Assembly (NCBI GenBank): GCA_963662275.1 | Contig: OY759316.1 | Span: 256,001 to 320,000, forward strand | Direction: 5' to 3' | Length of the DNA: 64,000 nucleotides | Origin: Candidatus Cloacimonadales bacterium | GTDB taxonomy: Bacteria > Cloacimonadota > Cloacimonadia > Cloacimonadales > DAONDQ01 | Shown: positions 30,859 through 40,966 of the stretch, one piece after another | How positions within the stretch are numbered: position 1 is the stretch's first letter | Layout of the letters: the number at the start of each line of letters is the position of its first letter | Notes under the pieces: generated by a model | Told to the model about the DNA's origin: nothing | The model's input: only the letters and a program-made list of their open reading frames with translations | The model's database searches: none | Translations under genes and position numbers: made by a program

Positions 30859-30981
30859 GTAATTCTCCATAAAGATACGTAATATAATTAATATGAACTA
30901 TTTAATATGCAAAATATGTTCTAAAACAAAGAGAGTTGTTGATAAAGCTTGAGTATTATAATAGAAATCAGAGGATGAAGG

Positions 30982-31013
30982 AAAGAAAAGGGCGGACATA
31001 TAGGTCCGCCCTT
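30982..31013 (-). terminator. Intrinsic terminator (REP-like stem)
   Basis: Minus strand AAGGGCGGAC-CTATAT-GTCCGCCCTT-TTCTTT, 13 bp past the stop at 31027. Confidence 0.75.
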
Positions 31014-31026
31014 GCTGAAGAATATC

Positions 31027-34000
31027 TTATTTCATTAAGATCATTTTACATGTTTCAGATAGATTTAGCGTCTGCATTTTGCAGAAATATACACCACTGC
31101 CTACATTTTGTCCCAAATCATCAGTACCGTTCCATTGAACAGTCTGTTTTCCTCTCTTCTGTATGCTATTAATCAAGGTTCTGACTTTCTGACCTTTGAT
31201 ATTATAGATTTCAATATTTACTTTCCCATCCTGCTTCAACTGATAGCTGATTGTTGTGGAAGGGTTGAAAGGATTGGGATAATTCCCGTTCAAGCGATCT
31301 GCCATAATCGGGATAACTATTGGATCATCAATTCCAGTACCTGTCAGGGTGACCTTTACATCATCCAGCAGGAGAATGAACTGAAGGGGGTCGCTATAGG
31401 CATGGAAACCTACAAAATAGACACCGTCAACAGGTGCTGAAAGTGTATTTTCAAAATGAGTGTAGGTTTCAGTAGTGATTGATGCATTATCGAATAAAGA
31501 AGCTAACATGGAATTAGAGTTAGGCATAGTACCCCATTTTACTTCCATTTTTTCCACACATGGATCACCGGGGAATGGTATCGATTTGTACCAAAAATCC
31601 AGTTTATACGTATGACCACCAATCATCTGCAAGGGAGGTGTATACAGCCAATCATTGTGAGACGAGAGAAAACTGAATCCCATGTGCATTGCCTTTGTCC
31701 CAGTATGAGCATTCACGGAACTGGTGCTATTGGCAATACCTGACCAGAATACGCTGTCATTATTCAAATTCTGCAGTTCCCACCCTTGAGGATATCCACC
31801 AACTTCTGTTGATTCAAACCCTTCATTCAAGGTGGTTGTTGCTGATAATACAACCGTTGGATTAGGCTGAGTTGTGAAACTCCAGGTAGAGCAATTGACC
31901 GCATTACCGGAAGCGTTATACGGTACTATCTTCCAATAATATTGTGTGTTGTAATTTAATGCTATCTGAAGTGTATCGACTTCAACTAATCCTAAATCTA
32001 ATTCATTGATTAAATTAAAGGCAGGTGAAGTACCAAAGTATATCTTATAACCAGTTGTTCCACCACCACCATTAGACCAGTTCAAAGCTGAAATCAGATG
32101 TTTATCTTCATAACGGACTCGGACATTGCTCTGCTGATTTGTTGGAAATACTGTCACCGCAGGATTGGGTACAGTTCCTGATGCTTCCCAGCTAATATCC
32201 TCCAAATAGATTGCATACCCTATACTACCACCTAATCCATGCTTGAAGGCAATATATTTGTTGGTCATCTCAGGTGTAAAAGTATAGTTGATTTGTTGGT
32301 AATCCGCTGTCAGGTTAATCGTTTGCAGAGAAGTGAAGGTAGAAGCATCATAGGGGTCTGTAATTGTGCCCAGTAACAAATGATCAGTAGTTTGTCCCCA
32401 ACTGCTTTTAGCATAAAAATGAAGACCATTGTTTGAAAGCTGAACCAGTCCCGGAGAAATAAGAATTAGGTCAGTATTTATTGTATCTGCTCCAGCATTA
32501 TACATTTTTAGGAAGTTCAACCCGGAATGAGCATCGAAACTGGATGCACGTACTCCAACATAACTGACAGGACTTGAAGCGTTTATGATAGTCTTCCAGT
32601 GAGTTGGCAATTCAAGTGATGCATCAAAATTCTCATAGAAGCTGGATAATGAAGTATAGGCTGCACCACTTAACTGTATCACGCTATTTCCTGTAAAATT
32701 ACCGCCAAAGGTGATGGAACCAGTTGCATTACCAGGATTCGTGGGGATAAAATGAACATTCATGTTCACAGTCTGTCCGGCATTAATAGTTCCTGGATTA
32801 TCTGCGCTAAAAGGACCTGATGGAGTGATTGTAGAAATGATAAGAGGACTGCTGCCCTGATTCGTGATACTGGCTGCTAGCGATAATGTTGAACCGATTG
32901 CTGCCTCATTGAAGACAAGTGAAGTTGGATTAATAACGATGACTGCTTCTGTTGGAATTTGTTCAATTAAGACATCATCCAATAAAGCGCCATATGCAGC
33001 TGATGCTTGATCTGTTCTATCACGCCACCGGAATTTTACATTTTGTCCTGCATAACTGGTCAAGTTTACTTCTGCCTGGTGATAAGCATGTTCCAAACCC
33101 TGTGCTGATAAAAAAGTAAGAATTGACCATGTCTGACCGCTGTTGTTGGAAATTTCTACATACGTTGTATCATGACCAATTATCCTTTCACTCAAATCAT
33201 CCGAATCAGCCCACCAAAATTTGAGACGGGTTGGATTTGCGGGAAGTTGGAAGGTTGGTGTCATAAGGGTTGCATTTCCTAAATGAACATAGGAAACTTT
33301 TGCACAACTTGCACCGCTATGAGGATGAGTGGCTTGAGACCAGTAATTTTCTGCGTTGCTCCAACCAACAGGTGGAAATTGAGCACCTTCAAATCCCTGG
33401 GTATAGGGAAGTGAAGTGACGAAGTATTCAGTTGTAAAATGCCAAACAGTACCTTGTGTAGAACCCATAGCGTTTGTAGCAACTACTTTCCAGAAGTATT
33501 GTGTGCCTGCTGCCCAGGGAGTTGCCGGAGTATATGAATATGTACCGGGTCCAGGTACAGTATTGGTCGCTACTTCAGTCATATTGGCTTCAGATGTTCC
33601 CACCATTATATGGTAACCGGTCGTATTGGTTCCCAGAGTGAAGGAAAGTGATGAATTGATATTAACAGCCGTCGCGTTGGAGACAGGATTTGGTTCAGAA
33701 GGATTAACCGGGCTGTTTGTTGCATAATAAAATCTGAAATTGGGTAAAGCAACAGGATAAGGCGCAAAGCCCGTAGATGCTGGAAAAGATGCAGCACTTC
33801 CATTACATTTCACGCTTCCAACTGTACTGTCAGTGCTGTACCAGTTTGTGGTGTAGTTACCCATTCCTGATCGGTTTTCCCATTGTACAATAAGATTGCC
33901 GGTTCCAGAATAATTGAAGTCTGTGATATCGATGATTATCCAACCGCTTATCATGCTAATACTCCCATCATATACCAGAGTATAGTTACTGGTTAACGGG

Positions 34001-34290
34001 TCATCATAACCATATCCGACAAAACTTGATTGGGTTGTTTCCTTGAGATAGATCTTCTGATTTGTTAGAGTTTGGTCATTGGTATTGACTCTTTGGAAAG
34101 CAATCTGTGTGATATTCTTTGGTCCGCTGAAAGCAGCAGCAGGATAGATCTGTGCACCCCAGCTATATTCCCAAAGCAAATAAGAAGGTAAATTAGTACT
34201 GGTAGTGCCATTTCCGATCTCACCGTAAGTTTGTGCTGATAACAAGCCAACAACTAAGATGGCTAACAGAATTAATAAATATCGATTCAT
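31027..34290 (-). CDS. Secreted multidomain adhesin-like protein (FN3-like, cleaved-adhesin-like and Ig modules) with FlgD/T9SS type-A-like CTD
   Basis: Signal peptide; YFWKVVA and YYWKIVPYN FN3-like motifs; LPYTQGFEG, ENFD and EGFE modules; NDWLYTPPL; CTD NYPNPFNPSTTISY...SGVYFC...KMILMK. Confidence 0.85.
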   Translation of the reverse strand: MNRYLLILLAILVVGLLSAQTYGEIGNGTTSTNLPSYLLWEYSWGAQIYPAAAFSGPKNITQIAFQRVNTNDQTLTNQKIYLKETTQSSFVGYGYDDPLTSNYTLVYDGSISMISGWIIIDITDFNYSGTGNLIVQWENRSGMGNYTTNWYSTDSTVGSVKCNGSAASFPASTGFAPYPVALPNFRFYYATNSPVNPSEPNPVSNATAVNINSSLSFTLGTNTTGYHIMVGTSEANMTEVATNTVPGPGTYSYTPATPWAAGTQYFWKVVATNAMGSTQGTVWHFTTEYFVTSLPYTQGFEGAQFPPVGWSNAENYWSQATHPHSGASCAKVSYVHLGNATLMTPTFQLPANPTRLKFWWADSDDLSERIIGHDTTYVEISNNSGQTWSILTFLSAQGLEHAYHQAEVNLTSYAGQNVKFRWRDRTDQASAAYGALLDDVLIEQIPTEAVIVINPTSLVFNEAAIGSTLSLAASITNQGSSPLIISTITPSGPFSADNPGTINAGQTVNMNVHFIPTNPGNATGSITFGGNFTGNSVIQLSGAAYTSLSSFYENFDASLELPTHWKTIINASSPVSYVGVRASSFDAHSGLNFLKMYNAGADTINTDLILISPGLVQLSNNGLHFYAKSSWGQTTDHLLLGTITDPYDASTFTSLQTINLTADYQQINYTFTPEMTNKYIAFKHGLGGSIGYAIYLEDISWEASGTVPNPAVTVFPTNQQSNVRVRYEDKHLISALNWSNGGGGTTGYKIYFGTSPAFNLINELDLGLVEVDTLQIALNYNTQYYWKIVPYNASGNAVNCSTWSFTTQPNPTVVLSATTTLNEGFESTEVGGYPQGWELQNLNNDSVFWSGIANSTSSVNAHTGTKAMHMGFSFLSSHNDWLYTPPLQMIGGHTYKLDFWYKSIPFPGDPCVEKMEVKWGTMPNSNSMLASLFDNASITTETYTHFENTLSAPVDGVYFVGFHAYSDPLQFILLLDDVKVTLTGTGIDDPIVIPIMADRLNGNYPNPFNPSTTISYQLKQDGKVNIEIYNIKGQKVRTLINSIQKRGKQTVQWNGTDDLGQNVGSGVYFCKMQTLNLSETCKMILMK

Positions 34291-34699
34291 TTATGACTCC
34301 TTTGTTTAGGTTTGAGTTTTTAATCAAAGCTAAGGATTCATGTTTAACAAAGACAAAACGGATATGTTTAGCATGAATCATATTCTATATTAAAATAACT
34401 CATTCATTTTTATAACATCATTTAAATTGTCAAGTTCAATATTGAACAGTTCTTCATTTATGAATCTTGTTACATTTATGAATCATTGTAAGTTACTCAT
34501 ATGCTGATGTGATAAATATATAAAGGATGATAATACAAAATTTATTACTAGTATTAATCGAAAATATTCTTTGACAAATATCCCTTCAATTTCTCTTAGC
34601 TTTCTTAGATCTAGATGTAAAACTTTATTTCTTAGATTTACCTCGTTTCTTAAAATACTTATAAATGAGTTTTGACAAAGTTGAGACAAGGAGTATAGA

Positions 34700-35305
34700 A
34701 TGATACTTTCCAAAAGCTTTAAACCTGTAGTAAAAATAGATAAAAGGAAAGTAATTATCGAAGCATCGATACAGTGCTTTGCTGAAAAAGGTTACAATAA
34801 TACGAGCGTTGCTGAAGTTGCCAATCTTGCTAATGTAGCCATTGGAACAGTATATCTTTATTTTGAAAATAAAGATGAATTGTTGCTGCATTCCATGCAG
34901 GAAATGATGAAAGAGATCATCCAAGTACTGCAAAAGAAAATTGCTAAAGAAACAAGAGCAGTTGATCAACTGATGATATTTTTTATACAATACATCGAGA
35001 TCTTCAAACAACGCCAGGATTTAGCTCGTTTCATGGTTCTTGAATTACGGCAAAGCAAAGAGTTTCATACTCGATATCCCGACTATAATCCCTACTCCGA
35101 ATTTCTGGAATTTGTCCAATCCCTAATCAAACAATCTATCGCTGATGGTACGACCTTACCCTACGATCCAGTATCTCTCTCTTATTTGATCATCGGTGTT
35201 ATCGATATGATCCTGACACAATGGGTCATTGATCCGGAAAATGTGAATATCGAAAAATTAACCAAGGAAGTAAGAGTAATTTTAGATAAAAGCTTCGGAA
35301 CATGA
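34700..35305 (+). CDS. TetR/AcrR family regulator (FadR/YsiA-like C-terminus)
   Basis: HTH FAEKGYNNTSVAEVANLANVAIGTVYLYFENKDELL; C-terminal LELRQS motif; AAGGAG RBS. Confidence 0.88.
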   Translation: MILSKSFKPVVKIDKRKVIIEASIQCFAEKGYNNTSVAEVANLANVAIGTVYLYFENKDELLLHSMQEMMKEIIQVLQKKIAKETRAVDQLMIFFIQYIEIFKQRQDLARFMVLELRQSKEFHTRYPDYNPYSEFLEFVQSLIKQSIADGTTLPYDPVSLSYLIIGVIDMILTQWVIDPENVNIEKLTKEVRVILDKSFGT

Positions 35306-35568
35306 CCCGCAGGAGTTTATAGATTGTCGTGTAGAATAGAGGAAGAGAAGAGAGAATTAACTCATTCACTAAACAACTATGTGACATAATATAGAACTTC
35401 ACAATGATATTGGATTGATAGGTAGACTTGTTAAAATGTGAACTTGGCTTTTATTCAACCAATCTTTCAACTCCCATATCCTTTTTCCTTGACGCAGTCA
35501 ATCATAGCTAATAATAGGCAATAATATTCTCTTCTGAATCCTATGTCTCAAAGTATTGGAGGTTGCGA

Positions 35569-37158
35569 ATGCTGAAACTTGCCATCGAACCCAAAAAAAT
35601 AGAGAAAGCCCGAAATTATGCCCACGCCATCACAAAATCCTGTGAATGGCTTTTTAACAGTTACAGTTCTGTTACTATTGAACGCACTGTCATCAGATTG
35701 ATGGGGATAGACGGTGCTAATTCTGATAGCGAACCGCTTCCCAATATCGTGATCGATCATCTTCTGCATAAGAATGTCCTGGATAGAGGAGCTGCTTTTT
35801 GGGTTGCTAATGCCATGGTTGCCTATAATATATCCGCTCAGACAGTTGCTGAAAGAGTGGCTGATGGTCAACTTGATTTAGCAGAGATAAAAGCACAATC
35901 TTCGAAATCAGTGCTTCGCATTCTACAGCAGAATGCCGATAAGATGTTGATTCATATCCAGTCACAGAAAACCTTCAGGGAAGAAGCATTCAAACGTTTC
36001 GGTCCTCGAAGGAAACCTGCATTATATGTAATCGTGGCAACAGGAAATATCTATGAAGATGTTTTACAGGCAAAAGCTGCTGCCCGTGAAGGTGCGGATA
36101 TCATTGCCGTGATTCGTTCAACGGCTCAATCTTTACTAGATTATGTTCCCTTTGGTGCGACAACGGAAGGTTTTGGTGGGACTTTCGCTACACAGGAGAA
36201 TTTCCGAATCATGCGTAAAGCCCTGGATGAAGTGAGTGAGGAATTGGATCGCTACATTTCACTAACAAATTATGCTTCCGGTCTCTGTATGCCCGAAATC
36301 GCTGCCATGGGTGCTATAGAACGACTTGATGTCATGCTCAATGATGCTATGTATGGTATTCTTTTCCGGGATATTAATCCTCGAAGAACCTTATTAGATC
36401 AGTATTTTTCCCGCTTGATCAATGCTTATGCCGGGATTGAAATTCAGACTGGTGAAGATAATTATCTGACAACATCGGATGCGATAGAAAAAGCTTATAC
36501 TGTAACAGCATCCCAACTTATTAATGAACAGTTTGCCCTAATGTCGGGTATTAAACCCGATAAGATGGGATTAGGACATGCCTTTGAAGTCAATCCTGAT
36601 ATCGAAAACTGTGTCCTTTATGAATTGGCACATGCCATGCTGACTAAGACGATCTTTCCCCAAGCACCGGTGAAATATATGCCTCCAACCAAATTTGCTT
36701 CAGGTAATATCTTTAAAACCTACCTCATGAACGGAATGTTCAATTTTGTTGGTCAATTGACCGACCAGGGTGTTCAATTATTGGGTATGCTGACGGAGGC
36801 TGTTCATACACCTCATCTTAGCGACAGGTCACTTGCTATCGAAAATGCAAAATATATATTTAATGCAATTCAAAACTTGTCAAATGAGCTTAGTTTTGAT
36901 CCAAAAGGGTTTGTGAATCAACGGGCAAACAACGTTTTAAATGAAGCAACAGCTTTCCTGGCAAAGGTCTCTGAAATGGGACTTTTTAATGCGATGGCAC
37001 ACGGGGAATTTGCGAATATTAAACGTTCCGAAACAGGCGGTAAAGGACTTGATGGAGTCTTCCTCAAATCTTCTGACTATGTGAATCCTTTCATGGATCG
37101 GATGAGACAGGAATTGGAATTGAATCCTGACAATGTCCTAACAGGAGAAAAGAAATGA
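35569..37158 (+). CDS. kamD: Lysine 5,6-aminomutase alpha subunit
   Basis: YVIVATGNIYEDV; IIAVIRSTAQSLLDYVPFGATTEGFGGT; NYASGLCMPEIA; KYMPPTK. Start moved to ATG 35569 behind GGAGG. Confidence 0.93.
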   Translation: MLKLAIEPKKIEKARNYAHAITKSCEWLFNSYSSVTIERTVIRLMGIDGANSDSEPLPNIVIDHLLHKNVLDRGAAFWVANAMVAYNISAQTVAERVADGQLDLAEIKAQSSKSVLRILQQNADKMLIHIQSQKTFREEAFKRFGPRRKPALYVIVATGNIYEDVLQAKAAAREGADIIAVIRSTAQSLLDYVPFGATTEGFGGTFATQENFRIMRKALDEVSEELDRYISLTNYASGLCMPEIAAMGAIERLDVMLNDAMYGILFRDINPRRTLLDQYFSRLINAYAGIEIQTGEDNYLTTSDAIEKAYTVTASQLINEQFALMSGIKPDKMGLGHAFEVNPDIENCVLYELAHAMLTKTIFPQAPVKYMPPTKFASGNIFKTYLMNGMFNFVGQLTDQGVQLLGMLTEAVHTPHLSDRSLAIENAKYIFNAIQNLSNELSFDPKGFVNQRANNVLNEATAFLAKVSEMGLFNAMAHGEFANIKRSETGGKGLDGVFLKSSDYVNPFMDRMRQELELNPDNVLTGEKK

Positions 37159-37934
37159 CAGTAAAATTTGATCCCACCCGTGTTGGACCTTATGGTGATA
37201 CCCTTAATGACGGACGTATCCAGCTTTCATTTGCCATGCCTGTTCCTCCTGATGCCAGAGGAAAGGAAGCAGCAAAGCAATTGCTGAAACAAATGGGACT
37301 GGAAGATATAGAGATATGTGGTATCCGTGATTTGACGGAAGGTTTTACACATTTTATTGCTTATGCAACTACTTCAGTATGCGTGAATTTAAATAAGATT
37401 GAAGTCAAAGTTGTGGATACTCCAGTCATGGATATGGATGAAATTGATGATTATATCAGCCAATTGATTGGACGCCCCCTGGTTGTGATTGGCGCTTGCA
37501 TTGAAAGTGATGCTCATACGGTGGGAATTGACGCAATTATGAATATGAAAGGGTATAACCATCGATTTGGACTGGAAAGATATAAGAATTTCAGAGCTAT
37601 TAACATGGGAGCACAGGTTGCATGCGAAGATTTACTAAAACATGCTCGAGAGGAAAAAGCAGATGCCATTCTAGTGTCGCAAGTTGTTACGCAAAAGAAT
37701 ATTCATATCCAGAACCTGACGAAACTCATTGAACTTGCAGAGGCAGAAGGTCTACGAAATAAAATACTCTTTATCTGCGGAGGACCAAGACTGTCCCATG
37801 AATTGGCAATAGAATTGGGTTATGATGCCGGTTATGGAAGTGGGACTTATGCCAATGATGTTGCTTCTTTCATTGCGATTACCCTGGCAGAAAGGAAACG
37901 CCAGGAATCCATTCAAAAGAATAAAGAGAAATAA
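37155..37934 (+). CDS. kamE: Lysine 5,6-aminomutase beta subunit (B12-binding)
   Basis: PYGDTLNDGRIQLSF; cobalamin motif DAHTVG; PLP-binding lysine in IMNMKG; ATGA overlap with kamD. Confidence 0.93.
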   Translation: MTVKFDPTRVGPYGDTLNDGRIQLSFAMPVPPDARGKEAAKQLLKQMGLEDIEICGIRDLTEGFTHFIAYATTSVCVNLNKIEVKVVDTPVMDMDEIDDYISQLIGRPLVVIGACIESDAHTVGIDAIMNMKGYNHRFGLERYKNFRAINMGAQVACEDLLKHAREEKADAILVSQVVTQKNIHIQNLTKLIELAEAEGLRNKILFICGGPRLSHELAIELGYDAGYGSGTYANDVASFIAITLAERKRQESIQKNKEK

Positions 37935-37995
37935 AGTTTTGACATTCAGGTCAAATTACAATAATTTATGAAGAAAAGAAACTCTGGAGGTATGT

Positions 37996-38478
37996 ATGCA
38001 ACAGTTTTCACTGAATGAAGTCGTAGAATTAGCCGTACAAATTGAAAGAAATGGTTACGCCTTTTATAATGAAGCCTTAAAGCGTAAAGATTTGACACCT
38101 GATGCACATGCTCTTTTGACAGAACTACGTGACCAGGAATTGAATCATGAAAAGATATTCAGTCATCTTCGGGATGAACAGGATATGACCATTCTGGAAC
38201 AATCTCCAGATTGGGAACTGGTGGGCTACTATATGAAAGCCATGGTCGATTCCAGGATATATAACTCACCGGAAGCAGCCATCAGACACGTGAATGCTGC
38301 GAAAGGATTCATCGATATCCTCCTTTATGCCATCGCTTTTGAAAAAGACACACTCCTGTTTTTCTACACAATTTATGATAATATCACTATCGATAAATCA
38401 CGCAAGATCATTCATGAAATCATCAACGAAGAGATCAGCCATGTTGTAAGACTGACTGAATATCATGCTAAAGGATAA
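37996..38478 (+). CDS. Rubrerythrin/ferritin-like diiron protein
   Basis: AVQIERNGYAFY, QELNHE, AIAFEKDTLLFF and EEISH diiron pattern; GGAGG RBS. Confidence 0.85.
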   Translation: MQQFSLNEVVELAVQIERNGYAFYNEALKRKDLTPDAHALLTELRDQELNHEKIFSHLRDEQDMTILEQSPDWELVGYYMKAMVDSRIYNSPEAAIRHVNAAKGFIDILLYAIAFEKDTLLFFYTIYDNITIDKSRKIIHEIINEEISHVVRLTEYHAKG

Positions 38479-38642
38479 ATAAAGATTCACAATTATTAGA
38501 TGCTATAATGTAATAGCCAAAGTGACAATAACAAAGCCATATCACAGCGAAGTTTGGACTTGTATGTGACAGCAATTTGTCAAAGTTGGGCTATATATAG
38601 ATTATCTTTGGAACTCTTTGTGTTACCGTGAAATTGAGTAAA

Positions 38643-40760
38643 TTACTTAATCATGATCATCTTTATTGTTTCTGATTTTCCTTCGGAAAGCAACCTACAC
38701 AGATATAAGCCTGAAGATACTCTTTTACCATTATTATCTTTACAATCCCATTGAATAGAGTATTTTCCTTGGGGAGTGAAAGTATTTACAAGCTTTTTGA
38801 TAAGTTGTCCTTTGATATTGTAAATGCTCATTTCTACGAATCTATTTTTGTCTGCAGAATATGATATCGATGTGAAGGCATTGAAAGGGTTGGGATAATT
38901 TCCGCACAATATTTGAGAACCAACTTCTGCTACAGGATCGTTATCGGGTAGGGGTATTAAATTCAAAATACTGATCCCATTGTCCTCATGAGTTGTATAC
39001 AATAAGTTGTTACTTACAAAGAAACTTGAAGTAAACAGGTTCCAAGAGAATTCATTTATCATAGCAGGCTGCAAGGGATTGTCAATGTTATAGATAGAAA
39101 ACTCATTACAATCATAATAACTAGCAAATAAATAGCTGCCATGAACATAACATTTACCAGCAATTCTATAACCGTTATTCGGATAGTTTGTTATTAAAGT
39201 TGGATTGGATGAATCTGATACATTTATTAATGCCAAACCCAATTCATAATGAGTAACATATGCTACATTGCCTGCTAAGACGAGATCATAACAATACGCT
39301 CCTGTAAAATAATATGAACCAAGCATTTGTGGATTTGTAGGAGAACTGACATCAATCAGTCTCAAACCAGTTTCATCAATTACATACGCTATGTTGTTAG
39401 CAACAACCATGTGAGAACAGTAACCAGATAAATTTGTATAACTTACTTCTTGCGGGGATTGTGGATCGGAAATATCAAGTATATAAAGTCCTCTAAATGC
39501 AATTGAAACATATGCTAGAGAATCATTGATCACGATTGACATTATTGAAAATGGAGTACTATATGTTCCTAATAATACCGGGTTACTGGGATCAGCAATG
39601 TCTAATATATCTAATCCATTTGATGTGGCTACATATGCTGTAGTGCCTGATATAGCTGCCGCATATCCGTTTGAGGTATCATAGGTCGATGACAATTGAG
39701 GATTTTGAGGATTTGATACATTGAGTATAATAAATGTATATATGTCAACGATATAAGCATAATCTCCAACGACTGAAATTGATCGTGCATAGGCTGGTGT
39801 ATCATAAGAGCCAATCAGATACTCATTATTAAGGTTCGATACACTTACGATGTCCAAACCATTCAAATCAGCAATATAAACTATATTGTTGGAATAAGCT
39901 AGAAAGTTTGTATAGATGCAACCCGTATCATAGGATGCTACAAGCTGCGGATTCTGCTGGTTTGAGACGTTTACAACTTGAAGTCCAGATTGATTACAAG
40001 TCAGATAAGCAAAGTCTCCATAAACAGCTATCCCTATACATTGTTCTTGAACTGCACATGAGCCAATTATTTGCGGATTTGAAGGATTTGAAATATTAAT
40101 TATCTTTAATTCAAAATAATTAGCTACATATGCATAATTACCAACTACAGAGAGTCCTATAGCTTGATATCCTGTTTCACAAGTTCCCATTAGTTGTGGA
40201 TTCAGTGAGTTTGAAACATCAATTACGTAAAAACTATAACCTGATGTCAAATAGGCAATTCCATCGATTACACTTACGAAACAAGCCCAATTGGATGTAT
40301 CATAAGAACTCAGGAATAAGGGATTGGAAGGGTTGGTAACATCTATAATCTGTAAACCGGCTATGTCATCAACTGCATATGCAGTATTGCCTACTACTGT
40401 TACAGTAACACAAGAATTCGGTGTGTGAAATGTGCTAAGCAGAATTGGACTTTGAGGATCTGATACATCAATTATTTGTAGCCCGGTAGTATCATCTGCA
40501 ACGTAAGCAATATTGTTATGTACAGTAACATACATGGCATTTCCCGGAGTGTCAAAAGAGCTGATTATTGTAGGATTTTCTGAATCTGCAATATTCGCTA
40601 TCTGTAATCCTGCTGATTGGTCTGCAATATAAGCAAGATTGTTACTTATGCAAACACTATATGCTTCTGTTGGTAATTGTAATAAACTTAGCCTATGAAT
40701 TACAGCATGAACCGGCATTAGGCAAACAATAAAAAACAAAGTTATTAATAATCGTTTCAC
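38643..40760 (-). CDS. LVIVD-repeat (beta-propeller) secreted protein with FlgD/T9SS type-A-like CTD
   Basis: Many AYVAD..GLQIIDVSDP..P units. Start moved to GTG 40760 (MKRLLITLFF) behind GGAGG. CTD NYPNPFN...SGLYLC. Confidence 0.88.
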   Translation of the reverse strand: MKRLLITLFFIVCLMPVHAVIHRLSLLQLPTEAYSVCISNNLAYIADQSAGLQIANIADSENPTIISSFDTPGNAMYVTVHNNIAYVADDTTGLQIIDVSDPQSPILLSTFHTPNSCVTVTVVGNTAYAVDDIAGLQIIDVTNPSNPLFLSSYDTSNWACFVSVIDGIAYLTSGYSFYVIDVSNSLNPQLMGTCETGYQAIGLSVVGNYAYVANYFELKIINISNPSNPQIIGSCAVQEQCIGIAVYGDFAYLTCNQSGLQVVNVSNQQNPQLVASYDTGCIYTNFLAYSNNIVYIADLNGLDIVSVSNLNNEYLIGSYDTPAYARSISVVGDYAYIVDIYTFIILNVSNPQNPQLSSTYDTSNGYAAAISGTTAYVATSNGLDILDIADPSNPVLLGTYSTPFSIMSIVINDSLAYVSIAFRGLYILDISDPQSPQEVSYTNLSGYCSHMVVANNIAYVIDETGLRLIDVSSPTNPQMLGSYYFTGAYCYDLVLAGNVAYVTHYELGLALINVSDSSNPTLITNYPNNGYRIAGKCYVHGSYLFASYYDCNEFSIYNIDNPLQPAMINEFSWNLFTSSFFVSNNLLYTTHEDNGISILNLIPLPDNDPVAEVGSQILCGNYPNPFNAFTSISYSADKNRFVEMSIYNIKGQLIKKLVNTFTPQGKYSIQWDCKDNNGKRVSSGLYLCRLLSEGKSETIKMIMIK

Positions 40761-40966
40761 GGTTAGCCTCCAATATAAGTAAATATCATTTAGATTCTTA
40801 TATAACCTATCTAAATGAGTCAAGTAATAAAATCTTTATAACCATTTAATATGAGTGATTTTAAAATAATTGCATGTATAAACTTTAGCAAAACTACTTT
40901 GCCTGTTAACTACCCATACCAAACAAGCTGAAACTAATCTAGCTTATTAATAATCTATATCAGGTT

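Noticed and set aside
34625..35011. 128-aa minus-strand ORF
   Set aside because: Antisense shadow of the TetR gene.
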